Program-made: the position numbers and the translations under genes
The notes under the pieces: generated by a model
What the model saw: the letters and a program-made list of their open reading frames with translations, nothing else
The model's database searches: none
Told to the model about the DNA's origin: nothing
Origin: Chiloscyllium plagiosum
Taxonomy: Eukaryota
Reading direction: 5' to 3'
DNA: 64,000 nucleotides
Assembly (NCBI RefSeq): GCF_004010195.1
Contig: NC_057718.1
Location: 16,253,906 to 16,317,905, forward strand
In this document: positions 36,348 through 50,340 of the stretch, one piece after another
Numbering within the stretch: the stretch's first letter is position 1
Layout: every line of letters starts with the position of its first letter

Positions 36348-37403
36348 CAATAGTTTCTCTTCTTTTTTCTTAAATGTTTTGAATATCTACCCTTCAATAA
36401 TTCTTTGCACTAATATATTTAGTACAAGGTTTTTTGATTCTCCCAGTCTGTTATCAGTAATATTCATTTTGTGAACTTTTCAACTAAATCTGTATTCTTA
36501 TTGTCAAGGTGTACTACTTTACATAAATTTAATTTGAATAGCCATTGCTACATACACTGTTTCAACCTGTATGTGTCCTCGAAATGGTCACAAAAATTGT
36601 ACATTTCCCATGGTTCTCATTTCCCATTCTTCTATAATTGAATGCAAATTTATGTGGTATTCAATTATTGATTAACCAATAAAGTTCAATGTCATCAGCT
36701 TACATTTGTATTCTGTGTTTCTAGGGTATGTAATTCAAAAGTACTTAAAGTTGTATAATACCTTGGTCAGGTTGCTCTTTTAGTATTGTGTGCAGTTCAC
36801 ATCTGCATGCTGTAAAAAGATAAAAGCACTGGAGAAATTGCAGAAAAATTTGTAAGGATGATATCAGATGTGAAAGCTAAAAACTGTTAGAAAATATTGA
36901 GCATATTGAACTTTAAAATTGTGAATGGATTGATTGGGTGGATCTGAAGAAAATAAATACAAAATGTTTATTAATGCATCCAGAAGTACAATGATGGTAC
37001 ATTTCTTTCTTCAGGGTACTTAGCATGTGGAACCCTGTATCACATGAAGTGGTTGAGGAAAATAATTTTACTTTTAATAGGAAACTTAATGGCAGTGTGA
37101 AAAAAAATACATATACTGAGATGAGATGTGTGGGCAGGAAGGACTTGTGTAAAGTTTCAATGTTGGCAGAATAGTCGACCTAATGGCCTGTAATTATGCT
37201 GCATCTTCTAAATGGTCTATGTAAAAATCAGAATTTCACTTGCCCTCTGAGATTTTCCACAGTAGTTTTTAAAATCTTCACTCTGTGTCCTTTCAGTTCC
37301 TCGACACCATTGAGAATTACATTATTTTGTATATATTTCCTATTTCTTTTTCGCCTGTTAGCTATGCTAATTCATGTTTAGCTAAATTTGAACTGTGAAG
37401 AAA

Positions 37404-37745
37404 AGGCACAGTGGCTCAGTGGTTAACACTGTTGCCTCACAGCGCCAGGGACCCGGGTTCGATTCCAGCCGCGGGCGAGTGTCTGTGTGAGGTTTGCACA
37501 TTCTCTCCGTGTCAGCGTGGGTTTCCTCCGGGTACTTCGGTTTCCTCCCACAGTCCAAAGATGTGCAGGCTAGGTGAATTGGCCATGCTAAATTGCCCAT
37601 ACTGTTCAGGGATGTGTAAGTGAGGTGCATTAGTCTTGGGTAAATGTAGAGTAGTAGGGAAAGAGTGTGGGTGAATTACTCTTTGGAGGGTCGGTGTGGA
37701 CTTGTTGGGCTGTAGGGCCTGTTTCACTCTGTAGGGATTCTATGA
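37404..37745 (+). mobile_element. HE1-like tRNA-derived V-SINE, full length
   Basis: A-box TGGCTCAGTGG, B-box GGTTCGATTCC, V-domain, CR1-type tail. Confidence 0.92.
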
Positions 37746-37894
37746 TCTGATGTTTTGAAAAACTGGAAGAATTGCAGATGCTGAAAATCAGAATGAAAAA
37801 CAAAAAATGCTGGGAAAACTCAGCAGTTCTGGCAGCATTTGTGGAGAGAAATCAGAGTTGATGCTTTAGGTCCAGTGATGCCAGACCTGCTAAG

Positions 37895-39780
37895 TCATAG
37901 TCATACAGCATGGAAATAAACCCTTCAGTCCAAGTTGACCATGCCGATCAGACATCCCAATCTGTTCTGGTCACGTTTTGCCAACATTTGGCCCATAACC
38001 CTCTAATTCCTTTCTATTCATATACCCATCCAGATGCCTTTTAAATGTTGTAATTGAACCTGCCTCCACCTGAACCATACTTGCTTTATGTAATGATGTG
38101 CATTCTGCCCGTTGACTCTGCTCTGCCATTCAATGAGATTGTGGCTGAACTGATAATCCTCAACTCCACTTTCTGCAGTTTTCCATAACCTTTGATTTCT
38201 GTAATGACTAAAAATCTGCCTATTTCAATTTTGAATATATTTAATAATCCATCCTTGGTAGGAGTCCGTGGTAAATAATTCACAGATTCAATATCCTCTG
38301 AGTGAAGAGATCCTCCACATCTCTGTTTTTGACATTATGCCCTCTGGTCCTGGACTGTCCCACAAAGGGAAACAAACTTTGCCTACCCTGTCAAGTCCCA
38401 TACCAAACTTGTATGTTTCAATAAAGTCACCTCTCATTCGTCTAAATTCAACAACTACAGGCCCAATCTGGTCAAACAACAGTCCCTGTGTCAGTCGAGG
38501 GTGCCTTCTCTGGACCGCCTCCAATGCCAGTTCTTCTTTTCTTAGATAACGGGTAGTCTGGCTAGTACCTTGTAACAGTTTCCCAAAACATCACTACTTT
38601 TATACTCCATTCCCTTTGAAATAAAGACCAGCATTCCATTTGCCCATTCAACGTTAATCCGTGATTTTGTGATTTAGAAGTGAGGATTCCCAATTCCCTC
38701 TGTACTATAGCTTTCTGCAGTCTTTCTTCATCTAAGTAATATTCAGCTCCTCCTTTTCCTGCCAAAGTACATGACCTGTCATTTTTCTATATTATAATTC
38801 ATCTGCAAAATCTTTGCCTACTTGCTTAACCTGTCATATTCTTCTGCAGACTCTTTTTGCCATCCTCACCACTTGCTTACCCATCTATTTTTGTATCATC
38901 TGTAAACTTGGCTATAGTATATTCACTTTCTGCATCCACTTCATTAATGTATATTGTAAATTGTGGCACAATACTGGTTATAGGTTCTCATCCTGAAAAT
39001 GTCCCCTTATTGCAATTCTCTGTCTCCTATTAGTTAGCCAGTCCTCTATCTATACTAATATGCCTACTTCCAACACCATGGGCTGAAGTTGCTTAATGTG
39101 TGTGACATTATCAGACAACTTTCAAAATTCCAATTATTTTACATGCACTGCTCCCCCTTCATCTATCCTGCTAGTTACATTCACAAGGAATTCTCATAAA
39201 TTTGTCAGGTATAACTTCCCCATCACGAGGTCTGATCGGACTCTGCATGATCATATTATGATTTTTAAAATGTTTTGCTATTGTATTGTTTACAATAGAC
39301 ATTTTCAGTAACAGATGTCAAGCTAACTGGCCTATAGTTAGTTTTTTTTGTCTCCTTTCCTTTTTATATAAAAGTGTTCCATTGGAAAAATGCCAGTTGT
39401 CTGGGATTTTTCCAGAATCTAAGGATTCCTGGAAAATTGTTACCAGTCATCCACAATCTGTCTGGCTGCTTCTAATATCCTTGGATTCCATCAGGCCCTG
39501 GGTCATTATGGTCTTTAGCCCCATTAGTTTCATTAGCACTTTTTCTCTAGTATTGGTTATTGTATTTATTTATCTGCTCTCCTTTTGCCCCTTAACTATT
39601 TAGTAATTTTGGAATGCTATTAGTGTCTTCTACTGTGAAGATGCTGCAAAGTATGCATCAATTCTTCTGCCCATTCCTTTAATTCCCCCCTTATTATTTT
39701 CCCCTGCCTCATTTACCAAGGTGCCTATGTTCACTTTGGCTTCTGTTTTCCTTTTTATGTATTTAAAACAGATCTTGCCT
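37895..39780 (-). mobile_element. Two adjacent CR1-group LINE fragments
   Basis: CR1 3' tail at 37895-38070; older RT region at 38075-39780 (EAVQRR, RRMRGDFIETYK). Confidence 0.8.
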
Positions 39781-40134
39781 CTATCTAAATATTATAGTTA
39801 CGAGCTGTTGCATTCTCCATGACAGCACTTCTCCAGAAAGAGTCTAATTGGGAACAAAGCAGCAGTCCCTTCTCATACATGTTGTTTCCCCTTGCATAGT
39901 ATTCTTGCAAACCTTCCAATGAGTGCAAGACAAAAAACTTCAATAAAATACCTCTTCTTCTGTATTACCTTAAATAATTACCATAACTTGATCATTAGCC
40001 AAGTGGCTTTTGGAATTTATTTGCTGGAATACTGTAGTTATTACTGTAAAAAGAAAGGCACATTGTGACCTCCAAAATTGATTCTGCACTGAGTAAATTC
40101 CTAGCTAGCTTCCTATAATGTAGGACATACTAGG

Positions 40135-40440
40135 GAGGCAACAAAAGTAGTGATATTATTGTTGGACTGTTAATCCAGAGACCCAGGTAATATTCTGGGG
40201 ACCCAGGTTCTAATCCCACCATTGCAGATAGTGGAATTTAGGTTAAATCCATTTTGAAATAAGATAACTGTGGATCCATTATCAATTGTCGGAAAAGCCC
40301 ATCCAGATCACAATGTCCTTTAGGGAAGAAACCTGCCATCCTTATCTAGTCTGTCTCTAAACTGCTGTCCTGGCAATCAGTAATGAGCAAACAATTCAAG
40401 CCTAGCCAGCAATGACCTTGTCCCATGAATGAATTTTTAA
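40135..40440 (+). mobile_element. SacSINE1-like SINE
   Basis: Homologous to 10940-11285. Confidence 0.6.
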
Positions 40441-41129
40441 AAAATAATTGCTGATAGGTAAATTGATAATCTTAATAGGATGACTATTGACTAGATCCAT
40501 TCAGATGGAATTCGGAAGGTCTTGGCCATTTTATGATCCAGTGTGTCATGGACTTCATTCCAGTTAATACCCAGAGTAAAGCTAATTTCTTTTCCATTTG
40601 TGCTTTCTTGAAGAAATTCTAAATATTGCTTTAATTTTACCCTGAGGGTTCAATTTTGTGGACGATATTTATAAGTATGGAATGACGGCTAAAATTACTC
40701 TCAATTACTTGTAGTTAGAAATTTGTGTTAATTTGATGTTCTAAACTGTAAATATGAATAATGCCTAGTGCAGAAGGTGTGCTGTCCTAATTAACAAAAA
40801 TCTGAACTTCAGTTGTTTGCAATAGATATATTTTGAAACACCATGCAAATTTAGTATGACATTAAACACTATTTTTGTAGCCTTTGTGTAGATTTCTAAC
40901 AAATTAAACTGTTAGTGCACAACTTTGAAGTTTTGTTAATTTGGCATTATTTTGAATTCTGTCATCTATACCAGTCACTGTCTTTATTGAATACTGGAGA
41001 TGAGAAAATATGTGTCACTGATCACTGTTCAGATTTTCTATCAAGATAGCAGTACTGTATAGGGAATAACTGAAGAGCATTATTAACTAATGTGAAGTTG
41101 AAGCTAGTGGAATTGAAGATAAATCATAA

Positions 41130-41264
<135 letters not shown>

Positions 41265-42679
41265 TGATACTTAAAATATGTTGTAGTTATCTTTAAAATT
41301 GTTCAGAAGTGTAATATTTGACAATGATTGTAAAATAAAATTTAATTATAATTACTAGTGTTTATGTTCCAAATGCACTTTGCCCAATTAAAGATAAATC
41401 TTAATTTGCATGTGAATGCAGTCAGCTGAAATATAGGATTAGGAGCAGGCCTGTCAGGCCACTCAGCCTGTCTAGCCCTACTTTACCATTTAATAAGATC
41501 ATTGCTGATCTTTTCACTCTACATTCCTGCCAACCTCATTGATGATCTTTCACACTCCTGCTCATACAGAATCTATCAGTGTCTGCCTTAAAACTATTCA
41601 AAGCCTCTGTTTCAACAGCCTTTTAAAGAAGTGAGCTCCAAATACTCGTGACTGTCTGTAAGAAAATGTTTATCTAATCTCTCTCTGGAATGGGTTACCC
41701 TGTATGCTTAACTAGAAAATAAAGGGTTTCAGAGCAATGTACGGTTTGAGGCATTTACAATTACAAATTAAATATTGGTACAGAAACACAAATTAGGAAT
41801 AGAAATTATTAATTTGGCCCTTCAAGCCTGCTCTGTCATTCAAATAATAATCTTTGATCCTGTAGCTCATTTACCATATTCCTGCTTTCACTCCATACCT
41901 TGACGTTTTCTTCACTTTTTATCATTTGAGGAGCCTTCATGTTGTGTTTTAACAAATGGAGTGACAAACTCTAAACATGCAAAATGTTTGCCATAATCTC
42001 TTCACTATGTAAGATGCAAAGTATTACTTCTCTAAATTGTATTTAGATCACATTTAAAACTGCCATATCAATTGACAAATCCAGCCCCCATTACATTTAT
42101 TGAGTCTATCCTTGAAGCTTTTATTCATATGTAATATTTGATCTTTTATCTTTTGATTTAAATGCACCATTACCTCTTGTTGACCATCACAACTCATTCA
42201 CTTGCATGAGATATAGAAGGGGGAGTTCTCTAATTCCTAACACTTCAAATGATTAAGGGCCTCATTAGGTTACAACTCTCTTCAGGCTTGTCACAAGAGG
42301 TTTCAGGTCGCTATGCATGTCTTGCTAGATGTACTTTATTGATCCAGGAGGAAGATGAAAATATCTGAACTTGTGATAATGGATAATGTTATGGTCTTGG
42401 AAAAGGAGGTATAAAGACTAACTATAGTAACCAAAAAAAGCCCTGTCTGTGAAAATATTTTCCTCGAATTTACAACACCTACGTTTCTTAAAACAGATGA
42501 AATGAAATTAAACATTCCAGCTGATATTAGTCTTGGCTCTGGATGCAGCAACAACAACAAGGTCAGGAGAAAGTGTGGACTGCAGATGTTGGAGCTCAGA
42601 TTCGAGAGTGGGGTAATGGAAAAGCACAGCAGGTCAGGCAGCATACGAGGAGCATGCTTTTCCAGCATCCTACTCTCAA

Positions 42680-43200
42680 CAACAACCCCAGCCCTATTGC
42701 CCTTTGGAAGTTCTCCTTACTAACATCTGAAGGTTTGTGCCAAAATTGGGAGAGCTGTCTCATAGACTGGTTGCTATACTCAGAATCATACCTGACACAT
42801 GATATCCTCGACAACTATCCCTGGTATGTCCAGTCTCAGTCTCACTGGCAGGTCACAGCCAGTGGAATTGATGGCACAGTGGTATACATTTGAGAGGGAG
42901 TTGCTTTAGGATCCTGAACATTAACTTTGGACTCCATGAAGTCTGATGGCATCAGGCCAAACATGAGCAAATTGACCTCCTAGTTATCACATATTTCCCC
43001 CCACCCCCCACCCCCGCTGATAAGTCAGTACTCCTTTACATTGAATACCACTTGAAGGAAGTGCTGAGAGTGGCAAAGGCACGAGTGTACTTTGGTTGGG
43101 TGTCTTTAATGTGCATTACCAAAGTGGCTCATAGCACCAGTACTGATCAAGCCAGTCAGCTCCTAAAAGACACAGCTACTTAGTCTGCGGCAGGTGATGA
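42680..43200 (+). mobile_element. L2/CR1-group LINE endonuclease fragment
   Basis: Degenerate ESYL, G..VY, HEV.WHQ and LWLG.FNVH APE motifs. Confidence 0.6.
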
Positions 43201-44152
43201 ATGAACTAAGGCAAAGCAGCTCACTTGATTAGCACTACATCCACATTCATTCCTTCCATCACCAATGCTTATTAGCAGTACTGTGCATCATCTCAAAGAT
43301 GCATTGCAGAAATTCAGAGGTTTGTCTGGCTGCACCAGCAAACACAACCAATACAATCTAGGACAACAGCAGAAGACACTTAGAAACACCTGCAAGTTCC
43401 CTCAAAGACTCTCACAATCCTGACTTGAAAATATATGGTAATTTCTTCAATTTTGATAGGTCAAAATTCTGGAACTCCCTCTGCAAATGGTACTGTGACT
43501 TTTACTGCACCGAATGGATTTCGGTGGTTCAAGGAAGTAACACTTGACAATTTATTTTCAACCTAGTCATCCCTTCCAGTGCAGTCATCTTTTCTCCCAT
43601 CCATGTGAAAGACAACCATAGACTTGCATTTCTATAGATCTGATTTACAACTGTTGAAATACTTGTATTGAAGTGTAAGGAATGCAGCAGTCAAAGTAGG
43701 ATTACAGAAATTGCAGTATCATAATGAGCAGGTATATGCTTTCTCTTTCATGAAAATGAAATATTATTTCAGAACGTAGGATAGCTTTCCCTCTGATTAT
43801 GTCTACAGTTTTCCTCAGCTGAGCTTTCCATTTTCCCATGGTTTATGGAGGCTACAACTATATCTCTTGCTACACAAACTCTATACGTCCACCCTTTGCC
43901 TTCCCTTCCAGAACCCTGACAGGTTTTCTCTTGTTCCCATCAACCACCTTGGTGCCTTTAAATTCAGTGGTTGATCTTGGCCATTTTTGCAGCCTACACC
44001 ATGATCCATTCTCCAGCACATCATCTCCTCTTCCCATGACTTCTCCTATGTAAGTACAGGATCTGCAACACTTAGAGTCATAGATTCATAGAGATGTACA
44101 GCATGGAAACAGACCCTTCGATCCAACCCGTCCATGCTGACCAGATATCCCA

Positions 44153-44486
44153 TTTTTTACAAACCCACCGACTCCCACAGCTACCTGGATTACACCTCTT
44201 CCCACCCTACCTCCTGCAAAAATGCCACCTCGTATTCTCAATTCCTCCGCCTCTGCCGTATCTGCTCCCAGGAGGACCAGTTCCACCACAGAACACACTA
44301 GATGGCCTCCTTCTTTAGAAACCGCAATTTCCCTTCCCACGTGGTTAAAGATGCCTTCCAATGCATCTCGTCCACATCCCGCACTTCCGCCCTCAAACCC
44401 CACCCCTCCAACCGTAACAAGGACAGAACCCCCCTGGTGCTCACCTTCACCCTACCAACCTTCGCATAAACCAAATCATCCGACGA
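44153..44486 (+). mobile_element. Penelope-like (Neptune-type) RT C-terminal fragment
   Basis: FYKPTDSHSYLDYTSSHPTSCKNA..YSQFLRLCRICS. Confidence 0.85.
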
Positions 44487-45432
44487 NNNNNNNNNNNNNN
44501 NNNNNNNNNNNNNNNNNNNNNNNNNNNNNNNNNNNNNNNNNNNNNNNNNNNNNNNNNNNNNNNNNNNNNNNNNNNNNNNNNNNNNNNNNNNNNNNNNNNN
44601 NNNNNNNNNNNNNNNNNNNNNNNNNNNNNNNNNNNNNNNNNNNNNNNNNNNNNNNNNNNNNNNNNNNNNNNNNNNNNNNNNNNNNNNNNNNNNNNNNNNN
44701 NNNNNNNNNNNNNNNNNNNNNNNNNNNNNNNNNNNNNNNNNNNNNNNNNNNNNNNNNNNNNNNNNNNNNNNNNNNNNNNNNNNNNNNNNNNNNNNNNNNN
44801 NNNNNNNNNNNNNNNNNNNNNNNNNNNNNNNNNNNNNNNNNNNNNNNNNNNNNNNNNNNNNNNNNNNNNNNNNNNNNNNNNNNNNNNNNNNNNNNNNNNN
44901 NNNNNNNNNNNNNNNNNNNNNNNNNNNNNNNNNNNNNNNNNNNNNNNNNNNNNNNNNNNNNNNNNNNNNNNNNNNNNNNNNNNNNNNNNNNNNNNNNNNN
45001 NNNNNNNNNNNNNNNNNNNNNNNNNNNNNNNNNNNNNNNNNNNNNNNNNNNNNNNNNNNNNNNNNNNNNNNNNNNNNNNNNNNNNNNNNNNNNNNNNNNN
45101 NNNNNNNNNNNNNNNNNNNNNNNNNNNNNNNNNNNNNNNNNNNNNNNNNNNNNNNNNNNNNNNNNNNNNNNNNNNNNNNNNNNNNNNNNNNNNNNNNNNN
45201 NNNNNNNNNNNNNNNNNNNNNNNNNNNNNNNNNNNNNNNNNNNNNNNNNNNNNNNNNNNNNNNNNNNNNNNNNNNNNNNNNNNNNNNNNNNNNNNNNNNN
45301 NNNNNNNNNNNNNNNNNNNNNNNNNNNNNNNNNNNNNNNNNNNNNNNNNNNNNNNNNNNNNNNNNNNNNNNNNNNNNNNNNNNNNNNNNNNNNNNNNNNN
45401 NNNNNNNNNNNNNNNNNNNNNNNNNNNNNNNN
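44487..45432. other. Assembly gap (N run)
   Basis: 946 consecutive N. Confidence 1.
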
Positions 45433-46739
45433 CTGGACTCTCCCACCCCAGGGAAAAGACTTTGTCTACTTATCCTATCCATGCCCCTCATAATTTTGTA
45501 AACCTCTATAAGGTCACCCCTCAGCCTCCGACCCTCCAGGGAAAACAGCCCCAGCCTGTTCAACCTCTCTCTATAGCTCAAATGCTCCAACCCTGGCAAC
45601 ATCCTTGTAAATTTTTTTTTGAACCCTTTCAAGTTTCACAACATCTTTCCAATAGGAAGGAGACCAGAATTGCACACAATATTCCAACAGTGGCCCAACC
45701 AATGTCCTGTACAGCCGCAACATGACCTCCCAACTCCTGTACTCAGTACTCTGACCAGTAAAGGAAAGCATACCAAATGCCTTCTTCACTATCTTATCTA
45801 TCTGCGACTCCACTTTCAAGGAGCTATGAACCTGCACTCCAAGGTCTCTTTGTTCAGCAACACTCCCTCGGACCTTACCATTAAGTGTAGAAGTCCTGCT
45901 AAGATTTGCTTTCCCAAAATGCAGCACCTCTCATTTATCTGCCACTTCTCAACCCATTAGCCCATCTGATCAAGATCCTGTTGTAATCTGATAACCTTCT
46001 TGGCTGTCCACTACACCTCCAATTTTGGTGTCATCTGCAAACTTACTAACTGTACCTCTTATGCTCTTATGCTCGCATCCAAATAATTTATGTAAATGAC
46101 AAAAATTAGAGGGCCCAGCACCAATCCTTGTGGCACTCCACTGGTCACAGTCCTCCAGTCTGAAAAACAACCTTCCACCACCACCCCCTGTCTTCTACCT
46201 TTGAGCCAGTTCTGTATCCAAATGGCTAGTTCTCCCTGTATTCCATGAGATCTAACCTTGCTAACCAATCTCCCATGGGGAATCTTGTCGAACGCCTTAC
46301 TGAAGTCCATATAGGTCACATCTACTGCTCTGCCCTCATCAATCCTCTTTTGTTACTCCTTCAAAAAACTTAATGAAATTTGTGAGACATGATTTCCCAC
46401 GCACAAAACCATGTTGACTATCCCTAATAAGTCCTTGCCTTGCAAGCCAGCCAATTAGCCAATTCAGCTACTTTACCTACTTCCAGATTCAACATTCAGT
46501 TGAACAATATCAGGTCATAACCTCAGCTGCATTATCTGTTGATGCTGGTGCTGTTGTTCTTATTTACAGCTTATCTAGGGCAATCTTTTGATCCCTTTAT
46601 TTGATCTCCTTTTTGCTGAGTGCTGAGATTTTATTTTGTCACTTAATGTCTCTGCAAATATTCACTTTATTTCTTTACAGTTTTAAGTTAGAGTTGATAT
46701 ACTTGATCAGAAGATTGTATATACTTGTGACACCTTACT

Positions 46740-47290
46740 AATTTATTAATTCACGGGTTGTGAGCATCCCTGGCTAGACCAGCATTTATTTCCCATCCCT
46801 AATTGCCCAGAGGCAGTTTAGCGTCAGCCATGTTGGTGTGGAAATGGAGTCACATATAAGGCACTCCAGGTAAGGATAGCAGAGTAAGGATAGCAAAGGC
46901 ATTAGTGAACTAGATGTTTTTTTTACAACAATTGATGGTATTTGTAGAATAGAATCCCTGAAGTGTGGAAGCAGGCTATTTGGCCAGCTGAGTCCACACA
47001 GACCCTCCAAAGAGAATCCTACCCCAAATCCACCCTACCCTATCCAGGAAAATTACCAGGAAACTGCAGGACCTGGAGGAAATGTATACAAACATGGGAG
47101 GAAAATGCGAACTCCACAAAGACAGTTGCCCGAGTGTGGAATTGAACCCAGATCCCTGTTAGCCACTGTGCCGCCATGGTCACAATTGAATTAGGTTTTT
47201 ACTTTTTATTGAATTCAAATCTCAGCATTTTGAACTCATGTCCCCAGAACATTAACCTGAGGTTCTGGATTACTAGTACAGTGATATTAT
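46740..47290 (-). mobile_element. SacSINE1-like SINE with a nested HE1-like SINE (~46950-47175)
   Basis: Reverse-complement similarity to 10940-11285 and 37404-37745. Confidence 0.6.
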
Positions 47291-49499
47291 TGTCTTCCTA
47301 AATGTGCTGTCTTTATATAACCCCCAACATTGGTATTTTCTCTTCCTCTTTGCTGTTTGTAGAAAATCACTGAAAAGCATTTGATCTTTCTTGACTTTTT
47401 TTTAAACAAAAGCTGTCTTTTGTGCATTAAAGATTGTTTTCTTAGCTTGATTTGTGTTGTTTTTTCACATGTATGGCTACATGAATATCACTGTAGATCT
47501 GAAAGCAGTAGAATTAAACACACATCTTTGTTACAAGCTCTGACAGTGAACACACATTTTCAATTGAGTCCTTTTCCATCTTGTGATAACATGATTTTTT
47601 TGCTATATTTAACATACAGCCAATTATCATTCCCATGGAGTTCTTTTCTAAAGTTCTACCTATCTACAGTGAGCTCCAACTGGAAACCTAACCCTCAAAA
47701 TATTGCAGCTTTAATCCTAAAACCAAAACAAAAATAACATTGATTGGAGGGAAAAAGAAATAATTTGTGAACAATCTGATCTGTAGTTTTTTTTTAAACT
47801 TTGCTATATCCAAGCCAAATAAAGTTTAAGGTATTCCCAAGAATTGGCAAGGCTTCAAGACTCTATCCTCATCTGACAGTTTAACAATTTTATCCTTCCA
47901 TGTCCAAATGTCGTTAAGTACACCAGTCTGGCAAGCTTAAATGGCAGTTTTCTAATTGAAGAGTTCATGTTGTTATGATTCCAGCTGATGTTAGTACGAA
48001 ACAAATCAGATCTGAGTGAAACCTGGTTTGACAGATTGAGTTCAATCTTTGCAGTTGGCTATTGTTATGATTAGTCAGTGAAACACATTCACATGGGGCT
48101 GCAAATATTCTTCAACAGAAAAACATATATTTGTTACATAAAAAGAAAAAAATGCTATACACATACTTTTCAAAGGAGAGCTGGATATATATTTGAAAAT
48201 TACTAATATAGATGGCTATGGAGATAAGGCTAGTGAATGGGACTAGCTAGGAGCCAGTACGGACACAATGAATTGAATGGCCTCCTGTATTATTAATTTT
48301 ATGATTCTATGGTACATAAAAGTTTAGAAAGATCTTAACATAAATGGCAAAATGAAGTTGCAACTTCCTTCCCGACAATATCCATGACAGATACTCAAAT
48401 CCCAAAGAAATATTACTTTTTAATTTTTTCTGTTAATTTATTGCTTAATTAACTGTGCAGTTTTCCCTCAAAGACTGCTGAGGTAGTTTTATGACTTTTT
48501 TTTCCAGTTCTTCTGCCCTAACCTCCCTTTATTTCTGACAACTTGGAACCTTCTATAAAAATTCTAACAGCTTGGAGATTTAATGAACTCAGACTTTCCT
48601 GCTATGGTAGCTGGTATCCTATACTGAAAAACTGAATTCTCCTGCTTTAATAAATGCTAAATTAATGCCCCATGGTCTGTTTCTCTGTGTCATTACCTCG
48701 GCAGTACAAACATTCTGTCAGTTAACACCTCAGCTATCCTGCTAGACACTTGACTGAATCATATGCTTTCTTGGAAATGGTGTTTAGGTCCCTCTTCCAA
48801 ATGAGCTTTTGTTATCTTTTGAAAGACTATAATTTTATTTTTAAAAAATCAAGTTCCAGAAATGATAAAAGTTTATATGTTCATCACATCTTCCGTCAAA
48901 GAAAAATGGAAAGGTATCCTTGAAACATTTTCATTTTGTATTAAAATTCCTGTTTATCATTATTTATGTTACATTGTATGTTTAAATATTATTATAACAC
49001 TCAATGATTTTCATAATAGCCATTTATACATGTCCATTTTGATCACAACATTAGATTTGATTCATATTTACTATTGACAAAGCATTCACTATATATATTG
49101 TTGTTGCCAGTGACAGTGAAAGATTTCTAAGTTGTGTGGCTGTAACATTAAGCTCAAATGAAACATTGAGATTTTTGAAACTTATACATCTAATGACTCT
49201 AAAGAAACTTATTTGTAGAGATTGTACCTCTTAGGTTTTTTTGAGTAATTTCACATTGTTTTACCCCCACATTAATGTTATGTATAGTGAAAAATGATTT
49301 TTTTTCTCACCCACTCACACAAATTGGTTCAGGAATCTTTATTTTTATTTTTGATTTAACAAGGTCCAGTGCATCTTGCTTTTAATGGTTTCTCAACGAT
49401 ATATAATAATGCTGACAACTTGTCTCTAGCAATGAAATTCTGAACTTTAGCATTTTATCTGCTCTTGTTTTCATTGCTCTGCACTTTTACTGAGGTCTT

Positions 49500-50340
49500 C
49501 CATTAACTTTCCATCAAGCACGTTATTTTGCTGGTTCCAACCTTTCTCCTTTTTATTTGCTGTTTTTCTGTTTGCTCCCTCAGATTAGTACTTTTTTCAT
49601 CTTCTGATTTCCTATTCCTCCAATTTCCTTGTGAATTATATATAGTTGTTTCTTCACATGTAACTGTCTCTGAGTCATTGAAAGTATTGTCCAAAACGTC
49701 TTCTTGAAGCTTGACAATACTTGACACACATCTAAACAAGACCTGAGCTTTATTGGAATACTATTTTGGAATTCTTAAGTAATCATGATTATGTTCCCAA
49801 AATCCTTTTCTAACTTCAGCTATCGAAACCACTATCCACATGTATTTCTTTTTCTCTTGCAAGTTCTACAAATGTCTAATAAGATTTATTTCTTGCAATC
49901 CTAAATTTTAATTGATGAGCTTCAAAAACAAGCTCATAAACATCAAATATTACTTGTCAGTCCAGCTCGTGTTTTCCAAGTGAGGTAAAATGTCTTTCTA
50001 CTCTATCCTCTGTAAATTATTAGTTAAATCAAATCCCACTTTGGAATCAGAATCATTCTGTCAGCTACTGCCTCCTCTTTGTCGTGACACTAAACATTTC
50101 TTTAGCTACGTCACATGGTCTGATTTCCTTATATCTTTTGAGTTCAAGGTTTCTTAATTCCATTACACTTTCTATTCTGTTTCTCTTCCTCCTCTGTTTC
50201 CAATTGAAGCTTTCTTATTTCCAATTCTCTCTCCTTTCTCCTTTGTATCCTTTTTTTCCCTTTTTCTTCAAATTCAAGTACTGTCTCTTTCTTTCTATAA
50301 TTTTCTTTTTATTTCTAGCTGAAATGTAGCTAGTTCTAGT
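49500..50340 (-). pseudogene. Highly degenerate Gypsy (Gmr1-like) gag remnant
   Basis: E/K/R-rich coiled-coil-like region followed by TFVELAREKEIHVD and KNSIP, resembling the SCAN-like capsid region of Gmr1-like gag. Confidence 0.5.

Larger units (their letters stand above)
44076..46445 (-). mobile_element. CR1 LINE 3' half, interrupted by a Penelope-like fragment and an assembly gap
   Basis: Tail at 44076-44152; RT ORF pieces at 45433-46445. Confidence 0.9.

Noticed and set aside
44222..45632. 423-aa and 444-aa ORFs in the ORF track
   Set aside because: Artefacts of reading through the N gap; the flanks are Penelope and CR1 fragments.
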